This document shows positions 9,523-18,741 of a stretch of DNA of 29,847 bases, piece after piece. The stretch comes from Bacteriovoracaceae bacterium (GTDB lineage: Bacteria > Bdellovibrionota > Bacteriovoracia > Bacteriovoracales > Bacteriovoracaceae). Position 1 is the first letter of the stretch, and every line of letters begins with the position of its first letter. Location: assembly GCA_041586955.1 (NCBI GenBank), contig JBFGZE010000034.1, forward strand, positions 1 through 29,847, written 5' to 3'. Under the pieces are notes generated by a model that was not told the origin of the DNA, searched no databases, and saw nothing but the letters and a program-made list of their open reading frames with translations. Both the position numbers and the translations under genes were made by a program.

Positions 9523-10308
9523 CTGAGCATTTTAAAAGACAATCTTGATTTATTAGTTATCATCCCCGCATACAATGAGGAAGCTTGCCTAGAAGCTGTT
9601 ATCCAAAAATGGGTTCATGAGATTAATAAACTCAAAATTCATTATCAAATCCTCGTCCTTAATGATGGATCAACAGACCTTACTGAAACGATTCTTTCCA
9701 AAATATCCCAAAAAAATGGGCAAAAGGTTATCGCGGTTAATCAGGATAATATTGGGCATGGCCCCACTGTTTTAAAAGGGTATCGTTTAGGCCTTAAACA
9801 TCATGCCGAGTGGATCTTCCAAACCGATAGCGATGATCAAATTGAAGCGGACGACTTCCCCAAATTATGGAAAGAGCGCCAAAACTCTTCCTTTATTCAA
9901 GGGTGGCGAACAAAGCGCCAAGATCATCCCATCCGACTCTATGTTTCAAAAATGCTCAAAAATATTATCCGCTTCTCATTTAAAGTATCTATAGAAGACG
10001 CGAATATCCCCTTTCGTCTAATGAGACAAGATAAATTAAAAAACATTATTCCAATGATTCCCGCCAATTGTTTTTGCCCCAATGTCTTTATTTCCATATT
10101 GGCCAATAAATCGGGTAATGATTACTTGGAAATACCCGTCACCCATCAGGCCAGACAGACTGGAACGGCATCTATATCCATTCAAAATATCTTTAAGATT
10201 ATTACTCTTTGCACATATCAACTTTTTCAATTCCGAGTAGGAATGTCGAGCAAAGCAAAAGTTTTAAATGATATTCAAGTTGATTATTCGAGAAAAAAAG
10301 TAGCATAA
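9523..10308 (+). CDS. GT2 glycosyltransferase (DPM synthase-like), probable CTG start; the ORF track shows only 9952-10308
   Basis: The frame is open from the stop at 9517-9519 through to 10308 and encodes VIIPAYNEE, LNDGSTD, NIGHG and FQTDSDDQ. No in-frame ATG, GTG or TTG occurs before 9952. Confidence 0.85.
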   Translation: MSILKDNLDLLVIIPAYNEEACLEAVIQKWVHEINKLKIHYQILVLNDGSTDLTETILSKISQKNGQKVIAVNQDNIGHGPTVLKGYRLGLKHHAEWIFQTDSDDQIEADDFPKLWKERQNSSFIQGWRTKRQDHPIRLYVSKMLKNIIRFSFKVSIEDANIPFRLMRQDKLKNIIPMIPANCFCPNVFISILANKSGNDYLEIPVTHQARQTGTASISIQNIFKIITLCTYQLFQFRVGMSSKAKVLNDIQVDYSRKKVA

Positions 10309-10316
10309 CCTCTCTC

Positions 10317-12041
10317 GTGAAAAGGCCGGCCTCTTTCTTAACTATTCACCACCTCTTTATCTTAATTTTTTTACTTGGCCTAATATTAAAATTATTTGAG
10401 CTTGATCTTAGACCCTTTCATCACGATGAATCAATTCATGGTCTTTTGAGTCTTTACTATTATATGGATGCTAAGCTCATGTTTTATAAATATGACCCCA
10501 TGACTCATGGCCCAGTACTCTACCATTTGTTGCCATTTTCATATTATATTTTTGGCATCAGTAATTGGAGTGCCCGATTTATCATAACCGCAATAGCATC
10601 TCTTTTGCCTCTAGCAAGTTTAAACTTATTTAACAAAGTTCCAAAAGGACACCTTTTGTTTCTTGGAACTTATTTAACATTATCCCCTCTGATCAATTAT
10701 TGGTCTCGTTTCTTACGGCACGATTTCCTGGTCATTATCCCCCTGTTACTATGCTTTGGCGTTGTCATTTATTTCAAAAATAAATACCTAAGGTCCTGTA
10801 TATTAGGGATACTTATCGCCATTCAATTTTGCGCCAAAGAAAACTCCTTCATTCACCTTGGATTATTCATTATTTTCACCTCTAGTTATTTCCTATTTAC
10901 TCCTAAAAAAAACCGCCTGAAAATAGCGTTTTGTCCACGCCAAATACTTTTAGGCCTTCTGAGCTTCACTCTTGTATTTTGTTATTTTTATTCAGCTGGT
11001 TTTCAGTATTGGACAGGAATCTTGGATGGACTTTATCAAAAGTCCCTCGTCTATTGGACTAAACAGCATAATATAGGAAGAATAAAAGGGCCATTTTCCT
11101 ATCAATTCTTCATTATGCTCTTTTATGAGCCATGGATTATTCTTGCGCTCTTTGCGACTTATATACGGCAATGGCGCGAAATAATCATCGACCACAAAAG
11201 GTGGGGTTACTTCCTCATTTTTCTTTTCTTGCTCGACGCTCTTATTAGTTTTTCTCCAATCAACCATTTTATTAAATTCTCGTCTTTATGGGATTTATTC
11301 AAATTGACAATGGATTTTGACATTTTCCTATTTTTTGCTCTTCTCATTATGGGCGTGAGTAGCACTATTTATCACTTTAAAAGGGCGGAACCGCTCAAGG
11401 CCTTTTTAAGCTATATAACCTTCTCCTTTTTCTTTACCTATAGCTTCGTGGGTGAAAAGGTCCCTTGGCTGCAACTTTATATTCAAATTGCAGCTTCTTT
11501 TTACATTGTTATTTTGTGGAAAGATTGGACAATACAAAAACCAATCTTCAGATACTTGGCATTATTTTCATTTATTAGTCTTCTCATGATTCGCAATTTA
11601 CAAATCAACTATACCAACCCAGGGAGTGGCAATCACCTTATCTCTCAAGTCCATACCTCTAGGGAGTACGAACAAATCGCGCTTAAAATTCAAAATGATT
11701 TACAAAATGAAAAGCAATCGCCTGCCCCTTATTTGCTATCAATAAAAGATAATTTATGGCCTTTATCTTGGTATGTTTATGGACTCAACGGTTACCACTT
11801 TGGAATGCCCAAAATGCCCATCCAAAACTACCGCTACATTCTCACCAGTACCCGCGATCTTAAAACATTGAATGAAACGCGTTCAACTCATCGTTCAGAA
11901 ATAGTCACTATGAGGCATTGGTTTGTTCCCAATTACGGAACATTGACAATAAAAAGCTTTTTAAAATATTTAATTTATTTTAGGCCATGGGGTCCGATCG
12001 GTGAGCAGAAAGTGCGATTTATTGAACAGAAGACAAAATAA
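10317..12041 (+). CDS. GT-C fold (PMT/ArnT-like) membrane glycosyltransferase, TIGR03663/Agl23-like
   Basis: RPFHHDESIHG, YKYDPMTHGP, SRFLRHD, KENS and EKVPW motifs; many TM helices and a C-terminal soluble domain. Confidence 0.75.
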   Translation: MKRPASFLTIHHLFILIFLLGLILKLFELDLRPFHHDESIHGLLSLYYYMDAKLMFYKYDPMTHGPVLYHLLPFSYYIFGISNWSARFIITAIASLLPLASLNLFNKVPKGHLLFLGTYLTLSPLINYWSRFLRHDFLVIIPLLLCFGVVIYFKNKYLRSCILGILIAIQFCAKENSFIHLGLFIIFTSSYFLFTPKKNRLKIAFCPRQILLGLLSFTLVFCYFYSAGFQYWTGILDGLYQKSLVYWTKQHNIGRIKGPFSYQFFIMLFYEPWIILALFATYIRQWREIIIDHKRWGYFLIFLFLLDALISFSPINHFIKFSSLWDLFKLTMDFDIFLFFALLIMGVSSTIYHFKRAEPLKAFLSYITFSFFFTYSFVGEKVPWLQLYIQIAASFYIVILWKDWTIQKPIFRYLALFSFISLLMIRNLQINYTNPGSGNHLISQVHTSREYEQIALKIQNDLQNEKQSPAPYLLSIKDNLWPLSWYVYGLNGYHFGMPKMPIQNYRYILTSTRDLKTLNETRSTHRSEIVTMRHWFVPNYGTLTIKSFLKYLIYFRPWGPIGEQKVRFIEQKTK

Positions 12042-12735
12042 GAAGATATTCTGTTTTCTCCTGACCTTTACTCTTTTCGTAATCAACCCCCTTAGAGGTT
12101 GATAATGTTTTATTCTTTTGCTTAAGATCCTCGACAAATCCTCCGAGATTCGTTTCCTGACCAATCGCTACATTGACTGTTGTATTTATTGTATTGCCTT
12201 TTTTGTCACTGATTTTGATATCTAGCTCTGCACTGCTAGTACCTTTAGGGGAACAGAGAACTGTGACTCGATGGCCATCGACACTGATAACCCCCTCTTT
12301 ATTAGCGCCCAAAACAAGAAGCGATTGTGAGATCTGCTGTCCCTTCTCTTCCTCTCTTTTCAAGCTTCCCTTGCGCCCCAATTGATAGCGATCCTTCTTG
12401 TGATCAAAATGGTTTATTTTTTTTGATATAAGACGGCACGTCCGTAAACTTTGATCTAGTTGATTAGATTGACTCCAATTCAGTTTTCTTTTGAGCTTAT
12501 AGCGCCTAGATAGATAACCTTCAAAAAGTTCTTCTCTATTCGCCCCAATATTGACCTCAAGACAATTGGTTTCTGGATGGAGAAGAATAATATCTTTTGG
12601 CGCAAGAATAACACCTAAATAGGAGCGAACTGCTTTCAAAGAAACATCAGCGTTAAAGCAATATTCCACCTCCGCCCGCAGCTGCATCGCGCCAGTGACG
12701 GTTAATAAAATCAAAAGCTTAATCCATTTAAACAT
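12019..12735 (-). CDS. Secreted hypothetical protein with short secretin-like features
   Basis: GGAGG at 12741-12745 favours ATG 12735; signal peptide; C-terminal INTTVNVAIGQETNLGG...TEYLLILS resembles the secretin core end. Confidence 0.55.
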   Translation of the reverse strand: MFKWIKLLILLTVTGAMQLRAEVEYCFNADVSLKAVRSYLGVILAPKDIILLHPETNCLEVNIGANREELFEGYLSRRYKLKRKLNWSQSNQLDQSLRTCRLISKKINHFDHKKDRYQLGRKGSLKREEEKGQQISQSLLVLGANKEGVISVDGHRVTVLCSPKGTSSAELDIKISDKKGNTINTTVNVAIGQETNLGGFVEDLKQKNKTLSTSKGVDYEKSKGQEKTEYLLILSSVQ

Positions 12736-12773
12736 CGAAGCCTCCAAAAAAGTTCGAGAGCTCAAACAATATT

Positions 12774-12810
12774 TTGACTAACGAAACCAATTTAGGTAAG
12801 TCTGTCTAGA
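12774..12810 (+). promoter_or_regulatory. Candidate promoter of the Fe ABC operon with a DtxR-box-like site
   Basis: TTGACT at 12774-12779. TTAGGTAAGTCT from 12792 matches the left part of the DtxR/IdeR consensus TTAGGTTAGCCTAACCTAA; the right half is degenerate. Confidence 0.4.
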
Positions 12811-12835
12811 AAGAATTTTAATAAGGATATTATAT

Positions 12836-13825
12836 ATGAAATTATTCACGAGTCTCATTTTTATTTTAACTACCTTAACCTCGCTTTCCGCCAAGGAATT
12901 ACTCGTTTACACCTCGAGAAAAGAACATTTGGTCAAAGATATTTTTGCCAAATACGAAAAGAAGACTGGTGTTAAAATTAAATACAAAACGGGTAAGGCC
13001 TCTCAATTAATTCAGGCCCTCAAGGCCGAAGGAAAGAAAACTCCGGCCGATATTTTTATGACTGTTGATGCTGGTAATCTTTGGTTTGCAGCAGAATCAG
13101 GTCTGCTCATGCCTATTCAATCACCAATCTTAACTCAAAATATCCCCTCTCATTTAAGAGATGTAACAAACAAATGGTATGGTTTTTCGGTACGAGCGAG
13201 AACCATCGTTTATAATTCAGCTCAATTAAAAAGTAGTGACCTTTCAACATATGAAGATCTTGCCGATAAAAAATGGAAAGGTAAGCTTTGCTTGCGTACC
13301 TCGAAGAAAGTTTATAACCAATCTCTTGTCGCGATGTTTATTGATACGCATGGCTATAAAAAGGCCAAAGAAATGGTAAAAGGATGGGTCGATAATACTG
13401 TCGAGATCTTTTCTAACGATACCGCCGTTCTTAAAGCAATTGCTGCAGGCCAATGCCAAGTAGGAATTGTCAATACTTATTATTTTGGCCGCCTTATCAA
13501 GGAAAACCCCAAATTATCTCTCAAGTTATTTTGGCCAAACCAAAAAACTTATGGTGTTCATATCAACGTTTCAGGCGCCGGGATTACCAAGCATACAACA
13601 AAATCTGCTGAGGCCCGTAAATTCCTTGAATGGCTATCTAGTACAGATGCCCAAAATGAATTTGCTAGTGTTAATATGGAATACTCAGCGAACCCAACGA
13701 TTCGCCCTTCACAAATTGTCGCCGATTGGGGAACTTTTAAAACAAATTCCTCTTTCAACTTAACGAAGGCCGGTCAATTACAAAAAGAGGCGATAAAGCT
13801 TATGCATGAAGTTAATTATAAATAA
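12836..13825 (+). CDS. Fe(III) ABC transporter substrate-binding protein (FutA/FbpA family)
   Basis: Signal peptide; VYTSRKEHL, ADIFMTVDAGNL, VYNQSL, NTYYFGR (tandem Tyr iron ligands), GVHINVSGAG. Confidence 0.92.
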   Translation: MKLFTSLIFILTTLTSLSAKELLVYTSRKEHLVKDIFAKYEKKTGVKIKYKTGKASQLIQALKAEGKKTPADIFMTVDAGNLWFAAESGLLMPIQSPILTQNIPSHLRDVTNKWYGFSVRARTIVYNSAQLKSSDLSTYEDLADKKWKGKLCLRTSKKVYNQSLVAMFIDTHGYKKAKEMVKGWVDNTVEIFSNDTAVLKAIAAGQCQVGIVNTYYFGRLIKENPKLSLKLFWPNQKTYGVHINVSGAGITKHTTKSAEARKFLEWLSSTDAQNEFASVNMEYSANPTIRPSQIVADWGTFKTNSSFNLTKAGQLQKEAIKLMHEVNYK

Positions 13826-15422
13826 AAGTATTAAAAATTTTTCTTTCTACGCCCTCTGGTCCATATTCTTGATATTGACCTTAGGGCCTTTTTTCTCTTT
13901 AGGGCTCAAGGGAATTCATCTCCCTTTAGCTGATAGGGACACCTGGAACTTTACCCATAATACCCTCGTTCCAGGCCTCTTATCGCAAACTTTTCTCTTA
14001 CTTATTGGTACCTGTTTTTTAAGTACCCTCTTGGGCTTCACCTCGGCCTTTATCATGAGCTTTTCCCGCCTCAGCTCCAAAAAATTATTACACCTACTTT
14101 TTCTACTTCCTCTCGCCTTTCCGATCTATGTACAAAGCTTTATTTATGTCGGCCTGTTTGAATATGCCGGAACGGTTCCCAGTTTTTTTAGAGAGCAATT
14201 TTCAATCAATCTAAACGAGTTTATTTCTATTAAATCAACACTTGGTGTGATTTTTGTTTTTTCACTGACTCTATTCCCCTACTCCTATTTATTTATCAAA
14301 CGATCATTCGATAATATGAAAGGTCAATTTCTAAGAACCTCTCAATCCCTAGGCCTTAACTTTACTCAATATTTTCTAAAAATTGTTATTCCCTATTCTA
14401 TGCCCTGGATACTCGGCCCCATGGCCATTATCTCCATGGAAACACTATCCGACTTTGGAGGTGTCTCTGTTTTTAATTATAATACTTTCACCCTGGCCAT
14501 CTATACCGCTTTCACTGATTTATTCTCTTTGGCCAGCGCTGCCCGCCTGAGCTTTTATCTTCTTATCTTTTCTCTCTTATTTTTAACCTTTGAAAAAAAG
14601 GTATTGGGAAATAAAAAGTTTAATCACTCGAGAAAGTTTCACAACCAAAAAGTCTATGCCCTATCCGCGAAATGGGAGCGAATTATTCTTTGGCCGCTGA
14701 GCTTTATGATTATTCTTTTTTCCCTAATCATCCCCTTTGGCCAATTAAGCTATTGGGCCTTTTATGCCCTGCAAACAGCGGGGCTTGGCCTTTTCACCCC
14801 CTATTTATGGAACTCATTTCTATTTGCAATTGTCGGTTCTTTCTTCATCCTATGTGCAAGTATATTTATTTTTTATAGTAAGCGCTTTATGCCAAATAAG
14901 TTTTCCACTCATTTGATACCCTTCACTCTTATGGGCTATGCCTTGCCGGGAACCCTCATTGCCCTTGCCATCTATATTTTATTTGCCTACTTATTACATG
15001 CTTTTGACCTCAGTTTTGCGCCAGGGGTTTCTCTCTTGGCCCTTTTTATTGGCCTTATGATTCGCTTTTTAGCAGTTGGCCACCGCGGCTTGGCCCCGGC
15101 CTTAAAGATGATCCCTGAAAATCATGACCATGCGGCCTTTAGTTTTGGACTTTCCCGTTTAAATACATTATTTAAAATTCATCTGCCGCAGATGAAAAAG
15201 GAAATTTACCTATCTTTTGGCCTGGTTTTTATTGAAATTATCAAAGAAATGCCTTTGACCTTAATGCTAAGGCCTGTTGGCAAAGACACATTAGCGGTCA
15301 AAATATTTGAATATACCTCAGAAGGAGAATGGATCATGGCGTCTATACCAGCACTTTTTATCATTCTCTTAGCAGGCCTTGGAAGCTTTTGTATCTTTAA
15401 AATGGAGGATAAAAGTGCCTAA
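13806..15422 (+). CDS. Fe(III) ABC transporter permease (FbpB/FutB family)
   Basis: Duplicated permease domain; LPLAFPIYV, METLSDFG, GYALPG, KEMPLTLMLRP. Exact start is uncertain. Confidence 0.9.
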   Translation: MKLIINKSIKNFSFYALWSIFLILTLGPFFSLGLKGIHLPLADRDTWNFTHNTLVPGLLSQTFLLLIGTCFLSTLLGFTSAFIMSFSRLSSKKLLHLLFLLPLAFPIYVQSFIYVGLFEYAGTVPSFFREQFSINLNEFISIKSTLGVIFVFSLTLFPYSYLFIKRSFDNMKGQFLRTSQSLGLNFTQYFLKIVIPYSMPWILGPMAIISMETLSDFGGVSVFNYNTFTLAIYTAFTDLFSLASAARLSFYLLIFSLLFLTFEKKVLGNKKFNHSRKFHNQKVYALSAKWERIILWPLSFMIILFSLIIPFGQLSYWAFYALQTAGLGLFTPYLWNSFLFAIVGSFFILCASIFIFYSKRFMPNKFSTHLIPFTLMGYALPGTLIALAIYILFAYLLHAFDLSFAPGVSLLALFIGLMIRFLAVGHRGLAPALKMIPENHDHAAFSFGLSRLNTLFKIHLPQMKKEIYLSFGLVFIEIIKEMPLTLMLRPVGKDTLAVKIFEYTSEGEWIMASIPALFIILLAGLGSFCIFKMEDKSA

Positions 15423-16428
15423 TTCTGTTTTAGAGATTCAAAACTTAAATTTAACGATTGAAGGAAAGCAAATCCTTTCGAATATCAATCTTAGGCTCAA
15501 GAAAGAAGAAATACTTTGCATCGTCGGACAAAGTGGTTCAGGAAAGTCCTCCCTTCTCAATTGTATTGCTGGCTTTATTCAAGGATTCAGTGGTGATATT
15601 CTATATGAAAAGGAAATCATCACCCACACCCCGGCCAATAAGCGAAATTTTGGATTTGTTTTTCAAGACTATGCGCTTTTTCCCCATCTCAATGTAGAAA
15701 AAAACCTCCTCTTAGCGAATAAAGACTCTAAGGTTATTAATGATGTTTTAAAATGGGTTAACCTTACAGAACATAACCACAAATACCCTCACCAATTATC
15801 TGGTGGTGAGCAACAACGGGTTGGAGTGGCGCGCGCTTTGGCAAAAAACCCAAGTCTTGTCCTCCTAGATGAACCCCTTTCAAACCTTGATCAAATGTGG
15901 CGTGGGCAATTAAAAGTTCAAATCAAAACCTTATTAAAAGAAAAGAAAAAAAGTGCTATTTTTGTCACTCATGATATCGAAGAGGCCATTTTTCTGGCCG
16001 ACCGTATCGCCGTTCTCCACCAGGGGAAACTTCTTCAAATTGATCAAGTTGAGCGCCTTCTTTCGCATCCAAAAAACTTTATTATTCCTCAGATCTTTGG
16101 ACTTAATTCATTTCTAAAAGGTCGATCGCTTCAAAATAATCAATTTAAAACCGCCATTGGAATTGTTAATATCAATAAATCCCATTATTCCCAAAATGAC
16201 CTGCTTTATTATTTACCAGAAAATCTTAAAATTTCACTCGAGCAAAAAGAGCATTATACGGCCCTTATCGTTAAGCGAAAACATTATGGGAAAGGTCATC
16301 TTTGTTATGATTTAGTGCAAATTGATAATGATTTTATGCTCAGAGATATCCACCTACCCCAAAACTTAGAACTAGGTGATTCAGTTTATATAAAATTAGA
16401 TGATGAAAAAGAATATTTGCTATTCTAA
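15415..16428 (+). CDS. Fe(III) ABC transporter ATP-binding protein (FbpC/FutC family)
   Basis: GQSGSGKS, FQDYALFPHL, LSGGEQQR, LLDEP, VTHD. GGAGG at 15404-15408 favours GTG 15415. Confidence 0.92.
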   Translation: MPNSVLEIQNLNLTIEGKQILSNINLRLKKEEILCIVGQSGSGKSSLLNCIAGFIQGFSGDILYEKEIITHTPANKRNFGFVFQDYALFPHLNVEKNLLLANKDSKVINDVLKWVNLTEHNHKYPHQLSGGEQQRVGVARALAKNPSLVLLDEPLSNLDQMWRGQLKVQIKTLLKEKKKSAIFVTHDIEEAIFLADRIAVLHQGKLLQIDQVERLLSHPKNFIIPQIFGLNSFLKGRSLQNNQFKTAIGIVNINKSHYSQNDLLYYLPENLKISLEQKEHYTALIVKRKHYGKGHLCYDLVQIDNDFMLRDIHLPQNLELGDSVYIKLDDEKEYLLF

Positions 16429-16929
16429 GTAGCGATCGCCCTTTTGGCTTTCGACGAAATCCTCAATACTTGTGTACTGACAGAGATCTAATGATGTTTT
16501 GATTTGAAGGTCATGCCCTTTTCCACAATGACAGGCCAAGGACTTCATAAAATCAAAAAACTTCTCACCTGTTTCTTCACTTAAAAGATGCTCAATAAGA
16601 CAGGAATCTCTTTCAGCAATTTCTTCATTAACACCAATAAAATCTCTTAAAAAGTAAAATAATAAAGTTCGCGACGATAGAATCTTATGAACTTCGTCAT
16701 GGCCAGACTTTGTTAAAACGAGAAACTTAGAATCCTCTTCTTCCGTCACCAGGGCCCGCTTTTTAAGATTATTAATAGCGGTTGAAACACTCCCCTTAGT
16801 GAGATCTAAGTCTTTGGCGATATCCGTAACTCGGGCATAACCCTTGGATTCTTTTAACTTATGAATCGTTAAAAGGTAATGGGCCATGGAATGGGATAGG
16901 TCAAATTCATGTGTGTCATTTTTTTTCAT
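16420..16929 (-). CDS. DtxR/MntR family metal-dependent transcriptional regulator
   Basis: YLLTI...ARVTDIAKDLDLTKGSVS winged HTH and CLIEH dimerisation/metal motif. Start is uncertain (ATG 16929 chosen; the track uses TTG 16971). Confidence 0.88.
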   Translation of the reverse strand: MKKNDTHEFDLSHSMAHYLLTIHKLKESKGYARVTDIAKDLDLTKGSVSTAINNLKKRALVTEEEDSKFLVLTKSGHDEVHKILSSRTLLFYFLRDFIGVNEEIAERDSCLIEHLLSEETGEKFFDFMKSLACHCGKGHDLQIKTSLDLCQYTSIEDFVESQKGDRYLE

Positions 16930-17018
16930 AATGTTTTTTAACAATTCCTTGTTTGCCCCGTCAATTGTCAATTATTTCTTGCACTTATTATTCCCCTTCA
17001 CTTTTCTTCGATATCTCC

Positions 17019-17031
17019 TAACTATCTGATT
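17019..17031 (-). promoter_or_regulatory. IHF-consensus site in a divergent intergenic region
   Basis: Minus strand AATCAGATAGTTA matches WATCARNNNNTTR exactly. Confidence 0.4.
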
Positions 17032-17100
17032 TTAAATAAAAGACCTAGAAGAAATATTTTCCAAAGAGCCCCACATGACACACCGTGATATTATTGATTT

Positions 17101-18723
17101 ATGATTAAAAGCCTCTGCCCATTAATTTTTATCTTGCTGCTATTTCGCCTGGCCTCAATTCCTGCCATCAACGCCCAGGCCGTGGGCCACACAAAAGATG
17201 GCCCGGTCGAGAACCTCAGTAAAAAGCGAGATCCCAATTTAACAGATCAAGAGCGCTATGAAAGTGAAAATTTTCTCCACGAAGGTCTCATCAATCGCAC
17301 CTATCAAGAAGGCTGCGATAAAATCGATGGGGGCTCGGCCTGTAAAGGTAAGGGGAAAACAAAATATATGGGTATGGATAGCAGTATGGTTCAGGCCATC
17401 GCAAAGGCCTATACCATGGTCATTGGTGCTATGGGCATGGGTGATAATAATGGTTTTAAATTAAAGGAAAAAAACTTTCAAGAGGCCCAGGCCAAAGATC
17501 CCGATGCCAAAAAAACAAAAAAGGATTATTGCCAATATATTGCCATGGGAACCGAGGCGGTTGGTACATTTATGCAAACCACTGCCCAAAATAATATTCA
17601 ATCACCAGAGGGTAATAGCGATATTAACCAAAATTCAGCGACTCCAGTTCAAAGACAATTATTATATAAGGCCGCTCGCGGCCATCGAGAGAGAGCAAAA
17701 ACCGCCAAATTTCAGGCGACAGGCTGGGGAGCGACCACTGCCTGTTACGGTTATATGGCAACTCAAGGTATAGTTCTTAAAGATTGGCAGATTTGGGCCA
17801 AACTTGGTGCCTCAACTCTTTTGACAGGTTTTTATGCCAATGAGGTCAAACAGAATGAAGGCTTTGCTGATGAGCTCAATTCCTTGGCGGAAAAACTCCC
17901 TGGAGCTGGAGAATGTAACCCCCACACCGATAAAGACTGTTATTGCGCTCAACCCGAAACTCAATACGACCCCAATCACTGCCTTGTCGGTTATCATAAG
18001 AAAAAGTTATCACCAGAAATTGGTCGTGTTAGCTGTATCGATAATAAAGCAAGGCCAGATCCCAAATGCGAATGCGTAAAGAACGATACCTGTATGAATA
18101 AAAAAGTTTATAATGACTTCGCTGGTACTGATTATGGCCAGGCCTTTCTTCAGTCGCCCCAGGCCAAAGATTTTGCCTCAATGGCAAAAGGAGAACTCAC
18201 TTCTGCTGACCTTAGTGGCGTGGGAATTGGAAAAAACGCCCGCTCAATGGCGCAATTAAAAAAGTTGGAAGATAAATTGCCAATGCCCAAAAGAAAGCTT
18301 TTACCAAGTGAGCAAAAACAAATGAAAGCACTCCTAGGGTTAGGAGTTCCCTCAAAACTAGGGGCGCTCATTGCAATGAGACCGCGTAATTTACAAGCGG
18401 AAAAAGAAATGAAAAATTTAGCAACAAGCGACCGTGGCCTCCTCAAGAAAAATTATATCGATCGTCATAAAGTATTACATTTTAATGGCGGCCGTGGCCT
18501 TAAGGGGAAAAAGAAAAGCACAGGCGATAGCACTTATGGACTTTTCAAAAAATTAAAGAGAGAGCGATCAAAGGGGCGTCAAACCTCCAGTGATAAGGTT
18601 CTTCACTTTGCCAAAAAGGCAACAGCGCAGGGTCAAATTAGCCCACATAACGATAAGATCATTTTTGATATCATTAGCCGCCGCTACCAAGTCTCAGGAG
18701 TCAGGCGCCTACAAGGCGAATAA
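17101..18723 (+). CDS. Secreted Cys-rich hypothetical protein
   Basis: Signal peptide, 12 Cys in the mature part, Gly/Ala-rich hydrophobic helices, basic C-terminus ending IFDIISRRY. Confidence 0.75.
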   Translation: MIKSLCPLIFILLLFRLASIPAINAQAVGHTKDGPVENLSKKRDPNLTDQERYESENFLHEGLINRTYQEGCDKIDGGSACKGKGKTKYMGMDSSMVQAIAKAYTMVIGAMGMGDNNGFKLKEKNFQEAQAKDPDAKKTKKDYCQYIAMGTEAVGTFMQTTAQNNIQSPEGNSDINQNSATPVQRQLLYKAARGHRERAKTAKFQATGWGATTACYGYMATQGIVLKDWQIWAKLGASTLLTGFYANEVKQNEGFADELNSLAEKLPGAGECNPHTDKDCYCAQPETQYDPNHCLVGYHKKKLSPEIGRVSCIDNKARPDPKCECVKNDTCMNKKVYNDFAGTDYGQAFLQSPQAKDFASMAKGELTSADLSGVGIGKNARSMAQLKKLEDKLPMPKRKLLPSEQKQMKALLGLGVPSKLGALIAMRPRNLQAEKEMKNLATSDRGLLKKNYIDRHKVLHFNGGRGLKGKKKSTGDSTYGLFKKLKRERSKGRQTSSDKVLHFAKKATAQGQISPHNDKIIFDIISRRYQVSGVRRLQGE

Positions 18724-18741
18724 TTAGGCCAGGAGTTTTCC

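Noticed and set aside
9492..9548. 18-aa upstream ORF MTVDNKLGVNSEHFKRQS
   Set aside because: Its ATG overlaps the putative -10 box, so it is probably not transcribed; kept only as an alternative explanation for the GT2 start.
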